Shown here piece by piece: positions 39,728-50,339 of a stretch of DNA of 64,000 bases. Below the pieces are notes generated by a model that had not been told where the DNA came from, did no database searches, and was given only the letters and a program-made list of their open reading frames with translations. Made by a program: the position numbers and the translations under genes. Numbering within the stretch: the first letter of the stretch is position 1; the number at the start of each line of letters is the position of its first letter. The stretch lies in IMG/VR virus record IMGVR_UViG_3300031088_000758; one strand, written 5' to 3'. The stretch is from a virus (taxonomy: Duplodnaviria > Caudoviricetes).

Positions 39728-40590
39728 CAGTTAATGATTAAATAAGGTTGGCAATCAAGACGGGCTTTTTTATCGAAACCAGGATCCATAAAACCAATCC
39801 AAGATTTATCAACAGTAGCATCTTTCTTAAAAGGTGCAATTGTGAATCTTTCCTCATGGTTAAGTTCAGCTATGTTTTTGAATGATTCATCTGTTCCGGG
39901 GAAGTAAGATTTTCTTTCGTAAACATAGGGAGAAATATGACCTACAATTTGATTAAACAGGTGTTGTTCCATGGTGTTCCACATTAGCCATACTTCATGA
40001 ACTCCATGCGCCCAGATTGGTCCAACAGGAGATGAAGGGTTAAAATTCTTTCCCATCATAATACCTGAAGAATGAACATCTACCAATGGTGTGCTTTCAA
40101 TCGCTTTATCGTATTCATGTACTTTATACTGAGATAGATTGTTCAACCAAAAAGAAAGAGATAATCCAGCGTGCGAAAATACTATGGGTCTAGAAGATGT
40201 GTATTGATGGCTAGTAGTTTCAATGTGCAAGAAACCTTTTGATTCAGCTTCAAGAACGTGAATGAATTTCAAGAAACCTTCCTCATACCATTGTGTAAGA
40301 ATTTTTTGTCCAGGAGCATCTACTCTTTTACTCCAGAAAACTTCACCACCGAGATATTGTGCTTCATGGTTCCCCATAATTTGAATCCATTGACCAGGGT
40401 TAAGATGCCTGATAGAATCAATCATTCGTAAAATATCAGAGCTGTATAGACCTTTATGAACCAAATCTCCAAGATGAATAATTCTAGTATCATGAGGTAG
40501 AATATAGTCTTCTGTCATTCCAATATGGCGCAATGATTTATAAAGCTGATTAAAATGACCGCCTGTGTCTCCAAAAATAATATGTTGCAT
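39727..40590 (-). CDS. Calcineurin-like metallophosphoesterase
   Basis: FGDTGG, HLGDLVHKG, MGNHE, SHAG, VGH. Confidence 0.8.
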   Translation of the reverse strand: MQHIIFGDTGGHFNQLYKSLRHIGMTEDYILPHDTRIIHLGDLVHKGLYSSDILRMIDSIRHLNPGQWIQIMGNHEAQYLGGEVFWSKRVDAPGQKILTQWYEEGFLKFIHVLEAESKGFLHIETTSHQYTSSRPIVFSHAGLSLSFWLNNLSQYKVHEYDKAIESTPLVDVHSSGIMMGKNFNPSSPVGPIWAHGVHEVWLMWNTMEQHLFNQIVGHISPYVYERKSYFPGTDESFKNIAELNHEERFTIAPFKKDATVDKSWIGFMDPGFDKKARLDCQPYLIIN

Positions 40591-40735
40591 AATTTAGCCT
40601 TTTCTTTTAGAACATAAGAATAAAATTATATCATAGAGCAAAATTTTTATCAATAGAGACGTATGTATTGTTTTGATTTGGTAAGATATAAGAGAAAGTT
40701 TTAAAAAACGACACAATAGTGATTTGAGGGCAACG

Positions 40736-41716
40736 ATGGAAGAATTAACTGAAAAATTAGTAATTATGGATGAAGCCGGATTGCACATAAAATCTAGAGA
40801 AGTTTCAGAAAAATTAGAGAAAAAGAAACTATCAGCATCTATGGTTACAGGATTGATAGGTAAAGATAGCTGCGCTGCTAGATGGCTGGCTGATACGTTT
40901 GTCCTTAGAGAAATTGTAGAGCAAGAGCCTGATAATGCAGCACGTCGTGGCTCTCTTTTTCATAAGGTCATGGAAGATTTATTCGCATTAGAGCCTGAAC
41001 AGAGAACTAAGGCAGCCGTTACAAAAATTGCTAAGCAAACTCTTCATAGTGAAGAATTTGCTGACCTAAGTGAAAATGAAGACGTTATCATTTGGTTGAG
41101 AGATGCAGTTAAAGGTTATTATGAAATGGGTGCTGATCCGCAAAAAGTAACAGTTGCCGAAATAACTATGGACGAAGAAAAAGGTCCACAAAAGGGTTTG
41201 GAAATTTTTGTCAGAGGACAGATAGGTAACGCAAAACGAGAAACACTCGGTTTTATTGATCGTTTGTCAATTAGTGCGAAAGATGGAACCTCTCTTATTG
41301 TTGAAGATTACAAATCAGGGGCTAAAATAAAACAATGGAAATCTCACACTAAATCAGAAGAAGGTTGGGCTGAACAAAGACAACAATTGATTTATAAAAT
41401 TCTTCTTGAGCAAAAAGGCTTCAATGTTTCAGGTGCTAGATTAATTTATCCTGTTGCTAAAGGTGTTGTCAAAGTAAATGTCAATGATCAAGAATTATTA
41501 GATAAAGTTGTGAGAGACGTTGAAGAAGCTGACAAAGCTCTGGACACAATGATTGAAAACAACACTTTTGAATACACACCTTCTTTCCTTTGTTCCTGGT
41601 GCCCACTAGCAGCTATATGTGTGAAAGCTGATTTAAAACCTTTCCCCAAAGCAAGAGATGCATTCTTATCACAACCACCATCAGAAGTCTTATTAAAAGC
41701 CATTGAACTACGATGA
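40736..41716 (+). CDS. PD-(D/E)XK nuclease, RecB/AddB-like, with four conserved Cys
   Basis: CAARW, RGSLFHKVME, GFIDRL, EDYKSG, QQLIY, CSWCPLAAIC; probable start ATG 40736. Confidence 0.85.
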   Translation: MEELTEKLVIMDEAGLHIKSREVSEKLEKKKLSASMVTGLIGKDSCAARWLADTFVLREIVEQEPDNAARRGSLFHKVMEDLFALEPEQRTKAAVTKIAKQTLHSEEFADLSENEDVIIWLRDAVKGYYEMGADPQKVTVAEITMDEEKGPQKGLEIFVRGQIGNAKRETLGFIDRLSISAKDGTSLIVEDYKSGAKIKQWKSHTKSEEGWAEQRQQLIYKILLEQKGFNVSGARLIYPVAKGVVKVNVNDQELLDKVVRDVEEADKALDTMIENNTFEYTPSFLCSWCPLAAICVKADLKPFPKARDAFLSQPPSEVLLKAIELR

Positions 41717-41776
41717 AACAATAACTGGCTGTTGATATTTTCAATACAATGGTTACCAAATTAGTGAGGCAATAAA

Positions 41777-42190
41777 ATGGCTGATAAAGAGACAGAAAGC
41801 GAAAAGACAACTGATAACTCAGATAACGAATTACATCGTTCTGAGACAGCAGAAAACGCTACTGAGCCTGATTTGGAAACATATGATGACAGTAAAAGTA
41901 GTATTAAAGAAGAGTCAGTTGAAAAAGATGATGACAACAGTGAAGATGAAGAAATTGTCATCATCTATAAGAAAGAACGTAATCCCATTGTAAAATTTGT
42001 GTTGGGGTTTGTGTCTTTTGTCGTTATAGCATATGTTTCTCTGTTTGCTATTGGTTTTACAATGGGATTGATGAAAATTCAACCACCTAATATAGATGAG
42101 CAGGTTTTATCTAATAAATGGAGTGAATTAACAGGAAACGAAGAAGAAACACCTTCAGAGCTGGAGCCAGCTGAAAAAGTTGAGGAATAA
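41777..42190 (+). CDS. Hypothetical acidic single-TM protein
   Basis: GAGG RBS; TM FVLGFVSFVVIAYVSLFAIGF. Confidence 0.6.
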   Translation: MADKETESEKTTDNSDNELHRSETAENATEPDLETYDDSKSSIKEESVEKDDDNSEDEEIVIIYKKERNPIVKFVLGFVSFVVIAYVSLFAIGFTMGLMKIQPPNIDEQVLSNKWSELTGNEEETPSELEPAEKVEE

Positions 42191-42192
42191 AA

Positions 42193-42777
42193 ATGAAAAA
42201 GGCAAGAACAGTTGAAATTCCCGATAATAGAACAGTAGATTTCAAAACTTATATGAAGCTAAATGACCATGCATATAAAAGCGCTCTTTTTTACGCAACA
42301 AATTATAATAAAAACAGTTTTCAAATTAGAGAAAAACTATTGCAAAAAGGCTACATTAAAGAAGATATAACAATTACTTATAATAATGGAAATACAGAAA
42401 ATCACAATATTATTGAAGAAAATATTCAGAAATTGACTGAACAATACATTCTTGATGATTACCAATACGTAGTCAGTTTTATTCAAAATGGAATTGACTC
42501 TGGAAAAAGCCTTCAAACTTTAAAGAATAAATTGTTCATGAATAAAGTCCCTCAACGTTTAATAGAACAAGTTATTGAATCAGAAGATGTTGAAATCAAC
42601 GAAAGTTATGGACTGGACAAAGAAGCATCTAAAATTGCTCGATCATCCAGTTTTGCGAAATTAGATAAATACAAAAAACAACAAAAACTGGTTAGGACAT
42701 TAGTCGGAAAAGGTTTTAATATGGGTGAAGTGTATGATTGGATTAACGAAAATTCAGATATTATAGAAGAAGGCTGA
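42193..42777 (+). CDS. recX: RecX-like regulator
   Basis: ALFY...QIREKLLQKGY, ILDDYQY, KLVRTLVGKGF. Confidence 0.65.
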   Translation: MKKARTVEIPDNRTVDFKTYMKLNDHAYKSALFYATNYNKNSFQIREKLLQKGYIKEDITITYNNGNTENHNIIEENIQKLTEQYILDDYQYVVSFIQNGIDSGKSLQTLKNKLFMNKVPQRLIEQVIESEDVEINESYGLDKEASKIARSSSFAKLDKYKKQQKLVRTLVGKGFNMGEVYDWINENSDIIEEG

Positions 42778-42843
42778 CTTTCTGTTCACTAAATATTTTA
42801 AAAATAGATTGTTCAATAATAACAATGAGGGTAGGCAATTATT

Positions 42844-43413
42844 ATGGCTATGGGATTAGAGGGTTTTGATGTTCGTCCTATATTTGTGTCTAAACTATTG
42901 AATAATTCTGGTGTATCACCTATTACAGGAACAGAAACTTTAATAGCAAAGAATAAAAAGATTCTCTTAAAAATCGAAGAAGACTTTTCTGAATCAATAA
43001 ATGGCACCTTATTAAGCTTGTTGAACAAGGTGTCCCCTTACGTAAATTACCGAGATTCTATATTCTTTTTGCTTGATTGTTATGATGAAGATATGGCACT
43101 GACAGCAGTTCAAGCATTAGAAGCAGCTTATGAGCGTAGGAAAAGCTTAAATGCTAATGATCTTATGGAAATCATTAAAGAATCAATTGAGACAGGAGTT
43201 CCGGCTTCTCTTATAGTTAATCTCTTAGGCAACGAAGAAGATGATAGCATTGAAAATCTTGATTTAGATTCTTTGAGCAACAATTTACATAATCTTAACC
43301 ATCTTAAAAATACAGGTGGGTTAAGCGGATCGAAAACTTCAAAAAATAATTCAACATCAACAGTATTTAATAAATCTGGTTTGAATCTTGATGGGATGAG
43401 AGATTTTAAATAA
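42844..43413 (+). CDS. Hypothetical protein
   Basis: 189-aa ORF, co-oriented. Confidence 0.55.
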   Translation: MAMGLEGFDVRPIFVSKLLNNSGVSPITGTETLIAKNKKILLKIEEDFSESINGTLLSLLNKVSPYVNYRDSIFFLLDCYDEDMALTAVQALEAAYERRKSLNANDLMEIIKESIETGVPASLIVNLLGNEEDDSIENLDLDSLSNNLHNLNHLKNTGGLSGSKTSKNNSTSTVFNKSGLNLDGMRDFK

Positions 43414-44112
43414 GGAAAATTTTAAATATTGTTTTTGAAATATGCTGAAAATAATAGAATGATACGACGGATTTCAAAGCGTTGTTAAAATCTAACAGGA
43501 ATAAAAATTTAGCTGAGAAGAAAAGGCTTGAGTTGATGAACGATTTGAATATATCTACTACATTATTTGAATTGACCATCGAACAGAAAGCTGAGCTTAT
43601 GGAAAAATTTGCATTTAGTATTATCCATGAGTGGGATTTTGAGAAGAACAATGAAGATTTTCCCAATATTTCGATAATGTCAATAAAACCTAAATCTCAA
43701 TATAAGATATGGTGGAAATGTTCTCAGTACAAGCATAGATGGCAAGCCTCAATGAGACATAGAACAGATGGCTCTTTATGCCCAATATGCTCTAACAGAG
43801 TTTTGTTGACTGGATTTAACGATTTTGCTACTAAATTCCCTGAAATGTTAGAAGATTGGAAAAATCAGGAAACAACCCTGATCCTTCGACAATATTATTT
43901 TCAACAAGCAGAATAAAAATTGAGTGGCCTTGTAAAAATGATCATTATTTTATAACTACACCTTCCTCAATTATTAGAGCAAGAGGTTGTAATTATTGTC
44001 ATGGAACAAAAGTACTCAAAGGATTTAATGACTTAGCTTCAAAGTGCTCGGAAAGTTTATTCTGGTGGGATTATGAAAAAAACGATAAAACACCTGAAGA
44101 AGTTAGATGGGG

Positions 44113-45580
44113 TAGCTTCTAATCCCTCAGAATGATAAAAAAATGATAAAAACCAATATTATTTGATAGAATCATAATATAAAATAACTATTAGAGGGAG
44201 AACACAATGAACAATGTCATAACATTGCAATACTCCCTAAACCCTAATAAAAAACAATTAAACCAATTATCCTCACACGCAGGAGCAGTAAGATATGCTT
44301 ACAACTATGCTCTCAACAAAGTGTTATCAAACTGGACTAACGTGAAAAATGGAACAGAAACAGAATACCTTAACACTAGCGCTTACTCTCTAAGGAAAAT
44401 ATTCAATCAAGAAAAAGATAAGATAGCTCTCTGGTGGCATGAGAACAGCAAAGAAGCTTACAACACTGGTTTCGCCAACCTAAATAACGCCCTAAACAAG
44501 TATTTTAAGAAACAATCAGGTTTACCAAAATATAAAACAAAGCACTTCAACGATAATGAAGGTATTACTTTCACCACTGGGGTCAGACGTTTAGAAGAAG
44601 ACCGCAAACACTTCACTATACCTACTATTGGTACAGTAAAACTACACGAACGTGCTACTAAACTTGCTTACTTATTAAGGCATGATGGTCGTATAACAAA
44701 TGTTAGTGTGAAGTATTCAAGAACACGATGGTTTATCAACATTATAGTTCGAGTGAGTGATGAATTATTCAAACAATACCATTTATTAAGAACTAAAAAG
44801 GATAAGAAGAAAATAGTTGGTGTGGATGTTGGTATTAAAAATGCTGCTGTGTTCAGTGATGGAACAGTGATTGAGAATCATAAATCTTACGAGAAACAGT
44901 TGAAGAAACTCCGTAGGTTGAACAAAGAGTTAAGTAGGAGACGTAAGTTTAATAAAGCTACTGGTGAAATAGCATCGAATCGTTATGAGAAAACGAAGAA
45001 AAAACTACAGAAAACGTATGCTAAGGTCACTAACCAAGAAGTTGATTTTGCTCATAAGTTATCTAAACGACTGGTTGATGAGTATAAAATAATTGGTTTA
45101 GAGGATTTGAACGTTGCTGGGATGATAAAGAATAGAAAACTATCGCGTCGTATTGCTCACGCAAGTTTCGGTCGTTTGAAAATTTATGTTAATTATAAAT
45201 CTAATTGGTATGGTAGCAGGGTAGTGATGGTGGATCAGTATTATCCGAGTAGTAAAACGTGTTCTGATTGTGGGGTAGTGAGAGCCAAACTATCTTTGAA
45301 AGAGCGTGTGTTTTATTGTGAGAATTCAGATTGTGGTTTAATATTGGATCGTGATTTGAATGCTGCTGTGAATATTAGGAATTATGCCGCCCAGAGTTGC
45401 GGGGAGGCTTTAAACGGTCAGGGAGACGAGAGCGCTGGTCAGGCAGACCTTCTGCTTGATGAAACTGGTAGTCTGGGAACTGACAAGTCAAACGTTCTTT
45501 TGAGTGTTTGATAACCCAATTAGGGTAGTTGTTATTGTTTTAGATGGTTTTATACTATTTTTTATGATAATAACTAACGG
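44113..45580 (+). mobile_element. Non-autonomous IS607-like TnpB element (no TnpA)
   Basis: GG(T) at both junctions (44111-44113 and 45579-45581); no terminal inverted repeats; TGATA(A) direct repeats near both ends; boundary ambiguous by up to 3 nt. Confidence 0.8.
44207..45511 (+). CDS. tnpB: TnpB RNA-guided endonuclease
   Basis: HAGAVRYAYN, RuvC-I VGVDVGI, RuvC-II LEDLNV, Zn ribbon CSDC...CENSDC, RuvC-III DRDLNAAVNI. Confidence 0.93.
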   Translation: MNNVITLQYSLNPNKKQLNQLSSHAGAVRYAYNYALNKVLSNWTNVKNGTETEYLNTSAYSLRKIFNQEKDKIALWWHENSKEAYNTGFANLNNALNKYFKKQSGLPKYKTKHFNDNEGITFTTGVRRLEEDRKHFTIPTIGTVKLHERATKLAYLLRHDGRITNVSVKYSRTRWFINIIVRVSDELFKQYHLLRTKKDKKKIVGVDVGIKNAAVFSDGTVIENHKSYEKQLKKLRRLNKELSRRRKFNKATGEIASNRYEKTKKKLQKTYAKVTNQEVDFAHKLSKRLVDEYKIIGLEDLNVAGMIKNRKLSRRIAHASFGRLKIYVNYKSNWYGSRVVMVDQYYPSSKTCSDCGVVRAKLSLKERVFYCENSDCGLILDRDLNAAVNIRNYAAQSCGEALNGQGDESAGQADLLLDETGSLGTDKSNVLLSV

Positions 45581-45600
45581 TTCAAAAGTTAAAGTTTGGT
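45380..45600 (+). ncRNA. Probable TnpB omegaRNA scaffold plus flank-derived guide
   Basis: Inferred from general TnpB architecture (scaffold over the gene 3' end and right end, guide from the flank); the 3' end of tnpB is locally GC-richer. Boundaries approximate. Confidence 0.45.
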
Positions 45601-46764
45601 GGAAATGCTTAGAGTATGGACATAGTTATTTTGCCGCTATCAATCATTTTTATAATGGCCGAAGATGTTCTACTTGCGCTGGAAAAACTATTGACGTAAG
45701 CAACAAGTTAAGTATTACTCATCCGCACCTTGTCAAAGAATGGGATTTTACAAAGAATTCTTTTAATCCTGGCGAAATTTCTGCTGGGCATGATAAAAAA
45801 GCGTGGTGGAAGTGTTCACAATGTTCTCACGAATGGACAGCTTACGTGTACAATAGAACAAATAAGAAAAGACCTCAAGGGTGTCCTGAATGTGCAAAAG
45901 GAGCAACAGCATCCAGAGGTGAGAAACAAATTATTGAATTTCTTTCCCAAAACAGTGTATTAGACATCGTAACTCATAAAATCATTAATAACAAAGAAGG
46001 TAGAAAATTTGAAATAGATATATTTATTCCACATCTAAATATAGGTATTGAATTTAACGGTATATATTATCATTCAGAAAAGTTTGTCGATAAAAAATAC
46101 CATTTTAATAAATTTAAAACTTGTCAAGAAAACAACATCCAACTGATTCAGATTTGGGAAGATGATTGGTTTAAATCTCGTGAAACTATTAAACAAATGC
46201 TGTTAAATCAATTAAATAAAAATATTGAATACTGTCCCTTGGAAAAAACAACAATTAAAAAGATTGAAGAAGCTGAAGCGATAAAGTTTTTCAGCGATAA
46301 CTATCCACAAAAAGTTCTTAATGCTTCGCTTTATATAGGATTGTTAAACGAAAAACGGAAGCTTATTGCTGTTGTTGCTGTCCAAGAGAGAAAAAGTAAA
46401 AAAGGACTCAATATATCTTGTTTTGTTTCTGAGTACAATTCTTCTAACAATTTCGCCAAACTTATATCTTATATTGAGAAACATTATGATTTTGAATATC
46501 TTACTGCGATATCTGATAACTGCATTGACAATAATGAATTATATATAAATAATGGATTTAAATTCAAAGAACATATTTCTCCTGACTATACATATTTTGC
46601 GAAAAAACAATACCGTGAAGATAAAACAAAATATTCTAAAAATAAATTCAAAAATGATTTAAATTTAGAATATTTTGATAAAATGAATGAAGAAGAATTA
46701 GCAGAGTTAAATGGTTTTTTGAAGGTTTATGATGCTGGGAAAACAAAGTGGGTAAGGAAGATTA

Positions 46765-48003
46765 TTGATGAATGAAAAAAATAAAAATCCACGAAAAGGT
46801 GTTCCCCGAAACAAAAGAGAATTTATAAAAACTCTTCCAATAGCTAAAGAATGGAACGATGAAAAATCAATTGATGATTACACAGCGGCAAGTGAGTATG
46901 AAGCACAATGGAAGTGCTTAGAATATGGACATATTTATACACTTGCTGTTAATCTTCGTGTTAGGCGCAAAAAACCCGCTTGTCCTTACTGCAATAATAG
47001 AAAAGTTTTAGAAGGTTTTAATGATTTGGCAACGATTCATCCTTATTTGCTTTCAGAGTGGAATGATGAAAAAGAACCAACAGAAGTTTTAGCAAATACA
47101 AACGATAAAATACAATGGAAATGTTTAGCTCATGGTCATAAGTGGAAAATTTCTCCATATAGCCGTATTAAATTTAATTCGAACTGTCCTTATTGCGGAA
47201 ACCAGAAATTGCTACAAGGATTCAATGATTTTGCTACGGTATATCCAGAAATTGCAAAAGAATGGCATCCAACAAGAAATGATACTAAACCTGATACTTT
47301 TATAATGAATTACGGTATTCAATATTGGTGGATATGTACAAAAAACCATGAATACAAAGCTACATGCAGACATAGAGCTGAAAGGAACCAAGGATGTCCG
47401 ATTTGTTCTGGCAGGCAAATTCTTGCAGGTTTTAATGACTTAGCTTCACAGCGTTCTGAGCTTATGAAAGATTGGGATTATTCACAAAATGCCCTTGATC
47501 CAACTAAAATCTCTGTTCATAGAAATGAAAAAGCACAATGGAAATGCTATATTTGCTCTCACAAGTGGGAAGCTTTAATAAGTAATAGATCAAGAGGTTT
47601 TGGATGCCCTAAATGTTCAGGGGCAATTTCAAAACAAGAAAAAACTTTGTTGAAGTTTATTAGAACAATGTTACCAGGAAAAGTTCTTGTTGTAGAAAAT
47701 GATAAGAAAATCATAAATCCAAAAGAAATAGATATTTTTATTCCTTCATTGAACATTGGATTTGAGTACAACGGATTGTACTGGCATGATAAAGAAAGCT
47801 ACCTAAACGATTTAAAAAATAACACTCAATTCAGCAATGAACGAGTGAAAGAAATCCTATGTGCAGAAAAAAATGTTAAACTCTTTCATGTATGGAGTGA
47901 TGAATGGTTGTTGAATGAGGATGAAACTCGCAAAAAAATAAAAATAATTATCAAAAATTCTTTAAACAATCTACCGGATTCCACCGTCAAAACTGTTTCT
48001 TGA
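46765..48003 (+). CDS. Zinc-ribbon-repeat (DUF4379-like) protein with Vsr-type endonuclease domain
   Basis: Four W.C..GH...CPxC repeats linked by GFNDLAT; EIDIFIP..IGFEYNGLYWH...HVWSDEW. Confidence 0.8.
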   Translation: MMNEKNKNPRKGVPRNKREFIKTLPIAKEWNDEKSIDDYTAASEYEAQWKCLEYGHIYTLAVNLRVRRKKPACPYCNNRKVLEGFNDLATIHPYLLSEWNDEKEPTEVLANTNDKIQWKCLAHGHKWKISPYSRIKFNSNCPYCGNQKLLQGFNDFATVYPEIAKEWHPTRNDTKPDTFIMNYGIQYWWICTKNHEYKATCRHRAERNQGCPICSGRQILAGFNDLASQRSELMKDWDYSQNALDPTKISVHRNEKAQWKCYICSHKWEALISNRSRGFGCPKCSGAISKQEKTLLKFIRTMLPGKVLVVENDKKIINPKEIDIFIPSLNIGFEYNGLYWHDKESYLNDLKNNTQFSNERVKEILCAEKNVKLFHVWSDEWLLNEDETRKKIKIIIKNSLNNLPDSTVKTVS

Positions 48004-48118
48004 AAACTTTGAATTTGTTGGGTACAAACTGATATAGAAAACGTTAAGCTTAAAATGACTAAAATTTGGTAGAATTATACTGATACAAAACAGTAAGATG
48101 ATAAGTAAAGGAAGTAAG

Positions 48119-50251
48119 ATGGCAGAAAAATTAGATACTAGCTACACAGCAGATGATTTGCAAAAACTTGAGTACCCGATGTCAATCTGGCGCAGGCCAT
48201 CCATGTACTTGGGTGAAAGAGGCACACAACAGAGTGTTGCCACTCGTGAAATCATTGATAACAGTGTTCACGAAAGCGTTCGTGGGTTTGCGGATAGGAT
48301 TAAAGTAGTATTCGGCAAAGATGGATCAGTTACGGTTCAAGATAATGGTAGAGGTTTGCCAACAGACATTAATAAAAAAACTGGAGTCAATGGAATTATT
48401 TTGACTATGGCTACTTTACATGCTGGAGCAAACTTTGGAAACAACGTAGCCGCTGGAAAAGCTGGTGCAGGGTTGAACGGCGTTGGAGCATCCGCTACTA
48501 ACGCTCTTTCAAAAAGATTTGATGCTATCATTTACAAAGCTGGAAAAAGATATCAACTAAGCTTCCAAGATGGTTTTGCTGGGCATTTTGATGGTGAAAC
48601 TCCTGAAGATTCGTTTAGCAAATCAGATGAAATTCTTGTTTCAAAGGATGAAAGAAAACCTGCTGAGAAAAAAGATTTCAAAACAGGAACTATTATCAAA
48701 CTATGGTTCAATGAAGAAAGATTCCCTGCGGATGAAACAATCGACATTGATGATCTAGTGGACCGTTTAAAGTATACAGCATATATTGCTCCTGGTCTTC
48801 ACATTGACATAATTGATGAAAATCGACAATATGAAGATGGAACAAACTATACATGGGAATTCTTCAGTGAGCATGGTCTTGAAGAAATGGTTGAAGCTAT
48901 TTCAGAAGACGCTTTCTTGCCAGGAACAGAAGCTAAAACTAATGTTTTCACTGAAAAAGGTATTTATACTTTGAAAACAGAGGGGAATTACAATGAGTTG
49001 ACTTCTGATGATGAAGGTAAAGTGAATGAGATCAAGCGTACAGTTACAGCAGAAATTGCTTTCCGTTATGGAACTGGATACGAAAAGAAACTAAACTCTT
49101 TTGTTAATACTATTCACACTCATTTAGGTGGAGTTCATGAGCAAGCTTTTGAGAAAGCACTTGTAGAAGCTTTTGGTGCGAGAATGTCGTCAATGCGTGG
49201 TATTCTTACAGCAAAGGATGAACCACCTATTATTGATGATTTCTTTGAGGGTATGACTGTAGCGTTGTCTGTGAATGTGCCGGAACCACAGTTCGTAGGT
49301 CAGCAGAAGGACAAGTTATCAGGTCCAGAAGTTCGCAAGGCTCTGACTAAGGCTCTTACAGAGTTGTTTACTAAGTTTGCTAATGATCCTAATAATCAAA
49401 AGATATTGAAGCCTATGTTTGAGAAAGTTGCACAAGCTTCTAAGAATAGGCATGATGCAGCTATAGCAAAATTGGCTAAGCGTAAAAATACACAAGTGTC
49501 TTCTTCTTCAATGCCTGCTAAGCTTTCGGATTGCGATTTGACAGGAACTGAAGAATCTGAATTATTGATTTGTGAGGGTGATTCGGCTAAGGGCACTATT
49601 CTAAAAGCGCGTGATGCTACTTATCAGGCAGTTATTCCTATTCGTGGTAAGATTTTGAACAGTTACAAAGCGGATATGAAGCAAATCTTGAATAATAGTG
49701 AGATCACAGATATAGCAAAAGCTATTGGTGCTGGTTTTGGCAAAGAGTTTGACATTGAGAGAATTCGCTATGGTAAGGTTCTTTTTGCGGCTGACGCTGA
49801 TGTTGACGGTTCTCATATTAATATTCTTCTTTACACTGTGTTCAATAGAATGTTTAAGTCTATGATTGAAGAGGGAAGAGTTTATCAAACTGTTCCACCA
49901 TTGTTTGAAATTACTTATGGAACAGGAAAGAGTCAAAAAATTGACTATGCTGCTAATGAGGCTGAGTTGAGTCAAATTGTTAAAAAACTTGAAAAAAGCG
50001 GGAAAAAGTACAAAGTAGAACGTAATAAAGGTCTTGGAGAGATGACCCCAGAGGCTTTTTCCGAGACTGTGCTTGACCCTGCCACTCGTTCATTGCGTAG
50101 AATTACGTTGAAAGATGTTCAAGCTGCGGAAGAAGCTTTGGTTTTGACAATGGGTGATAACTCTCAGGAGCGTAAAGATTTCATTGGTGATAATTTCCAG
50201 ACAGCTATTGATACAGGGCTTGTTGAAGGCTTTGAATCTGGTAACGAGTGA
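48119..50251 (+). CDS. gyrB: Type IIA topoisomerase subunit B (GyrB/ParE)
   Basis: RPSMYLG, EIIDNS, DNGRGLP, GLNGVG, EGDSA, PIRGKILN, DADVDG, KGLGEM; probable start ATG 48119. Confidence 0.93.
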   Translation: MAEKLDTSYTADDLQKLEYPMSIWRRPSMYLGERGTQQSVATREIIDNSVHESVRGFADRIKVVFGKDGSVTVQDNGRGLPTDINKKTGVNGIILTMATLHAGANFGNNVAAGKAGAGLNGVGASATNALSKRFDAIIYKAGKRYQLSFQDGFAGHFDGETPEDSFSKSDEILVSKDERKPAEKKDFKTGTIIKLWFNEERFPADETIDIDDLVDRLKYTAYIAPGLHIDIIDENRQYEDGTNYTWEFFSEHGLEEMVEAISEDAFLPGTEAKTNVFTEKGIYTLKTEGNYNELTSDDEGKVNEIKRTVTAEIAFRYGTGYEKKLNSFVNTIHTHLGGVHEQAFEKALVEAFGARMSSMRGILTAKDEPPIIDDFFEGMTVALSVNVPEPQFVGQQKDKLSGPEVRKALTKALTELFTKFANDPNNQKILKPMFEKVAQASKNRHDAAIAKLAKRKNTQVSSSSMPAKLSDCDLTGTEESELLICEGDSAKGTILKARDATYQAVIPIRGKILNSYKADMKQILNNSEITDIAKAIGAGFGKEFDIERIRYGKVLFAADADVDGSHINILLYTVFNRMFKSMIEEGRVYQTVPPLFEITYGTGKSQKIDYAANEAELSQIVKKLEKSGKKYKVERNKGLGEMTPEAFSETVLDPATRSLRRITLKDVQAAEEALVLTMGDNSQERKDFIGDNFQTAIDTGLVEGFESGNE

Positions 50252-50276
50252 CTTAATTATCTTTATTTGAGAATTT

Positions 50277-50332
50277 AATAAATTAAGCTATAACTATTAA
50301 AACAGGAATTAATAGTTATAGCTTAATTTATT
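50277..50332. terminator. Perfect inverted repeat, 24-bp arms, almost all A/T
   Basis: aataaattaagctataactattaa / ttaatagttatagcttaatttatt. Confidence 0.55.
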
Positions 50333-50339
50333 GCTTGCT

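Larger units (their letters stand above)
43482..46775 (+). pseudogene. Zinc-ribbon-repeat Vsr-type endonuclease gene with C-terminal Hef-like domain, broken by a frameshift (~43860) and a TnpB element
   Basis: WWKC..H.W...CPxC...GFND repeats across three ORF pieces. Removing 44113-45580 joins EEVRWG to SKVKVWWKC in frame. Nuclease core EIDIFIP..IGIEFNGIYYH...IWEDDW. Confidence 0.8.

Noticed and set aside
40736-41716. Cas4 or a CRISPR system
   Set aside because: The four-Cys PD-(D/E)XK pattern is shared with RecB/AddB-like nucleases; no repeat-spacer array or other cas gene was seen.
43855-43870. Programmed -1 frameshift in the zinc-ribbon gene
   Set aside because: TGG AAA AAT is not a canonical slippery heptamer; a 1-nt loss in an A run (decay after insertion, or sequencing error) is simpler.
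44113-45580. IStron (group I intron plus TnpB)
   Set aside because: Only about 94 nt lie between the left junction and the tnpB ATG, too short for a group I intron core.
45504-45580. N-terminus of the 423-aa ORF as a real gene start
   Set aside because: These codons lie inside the right end of the IS; host gene sequence resumes at 45581.
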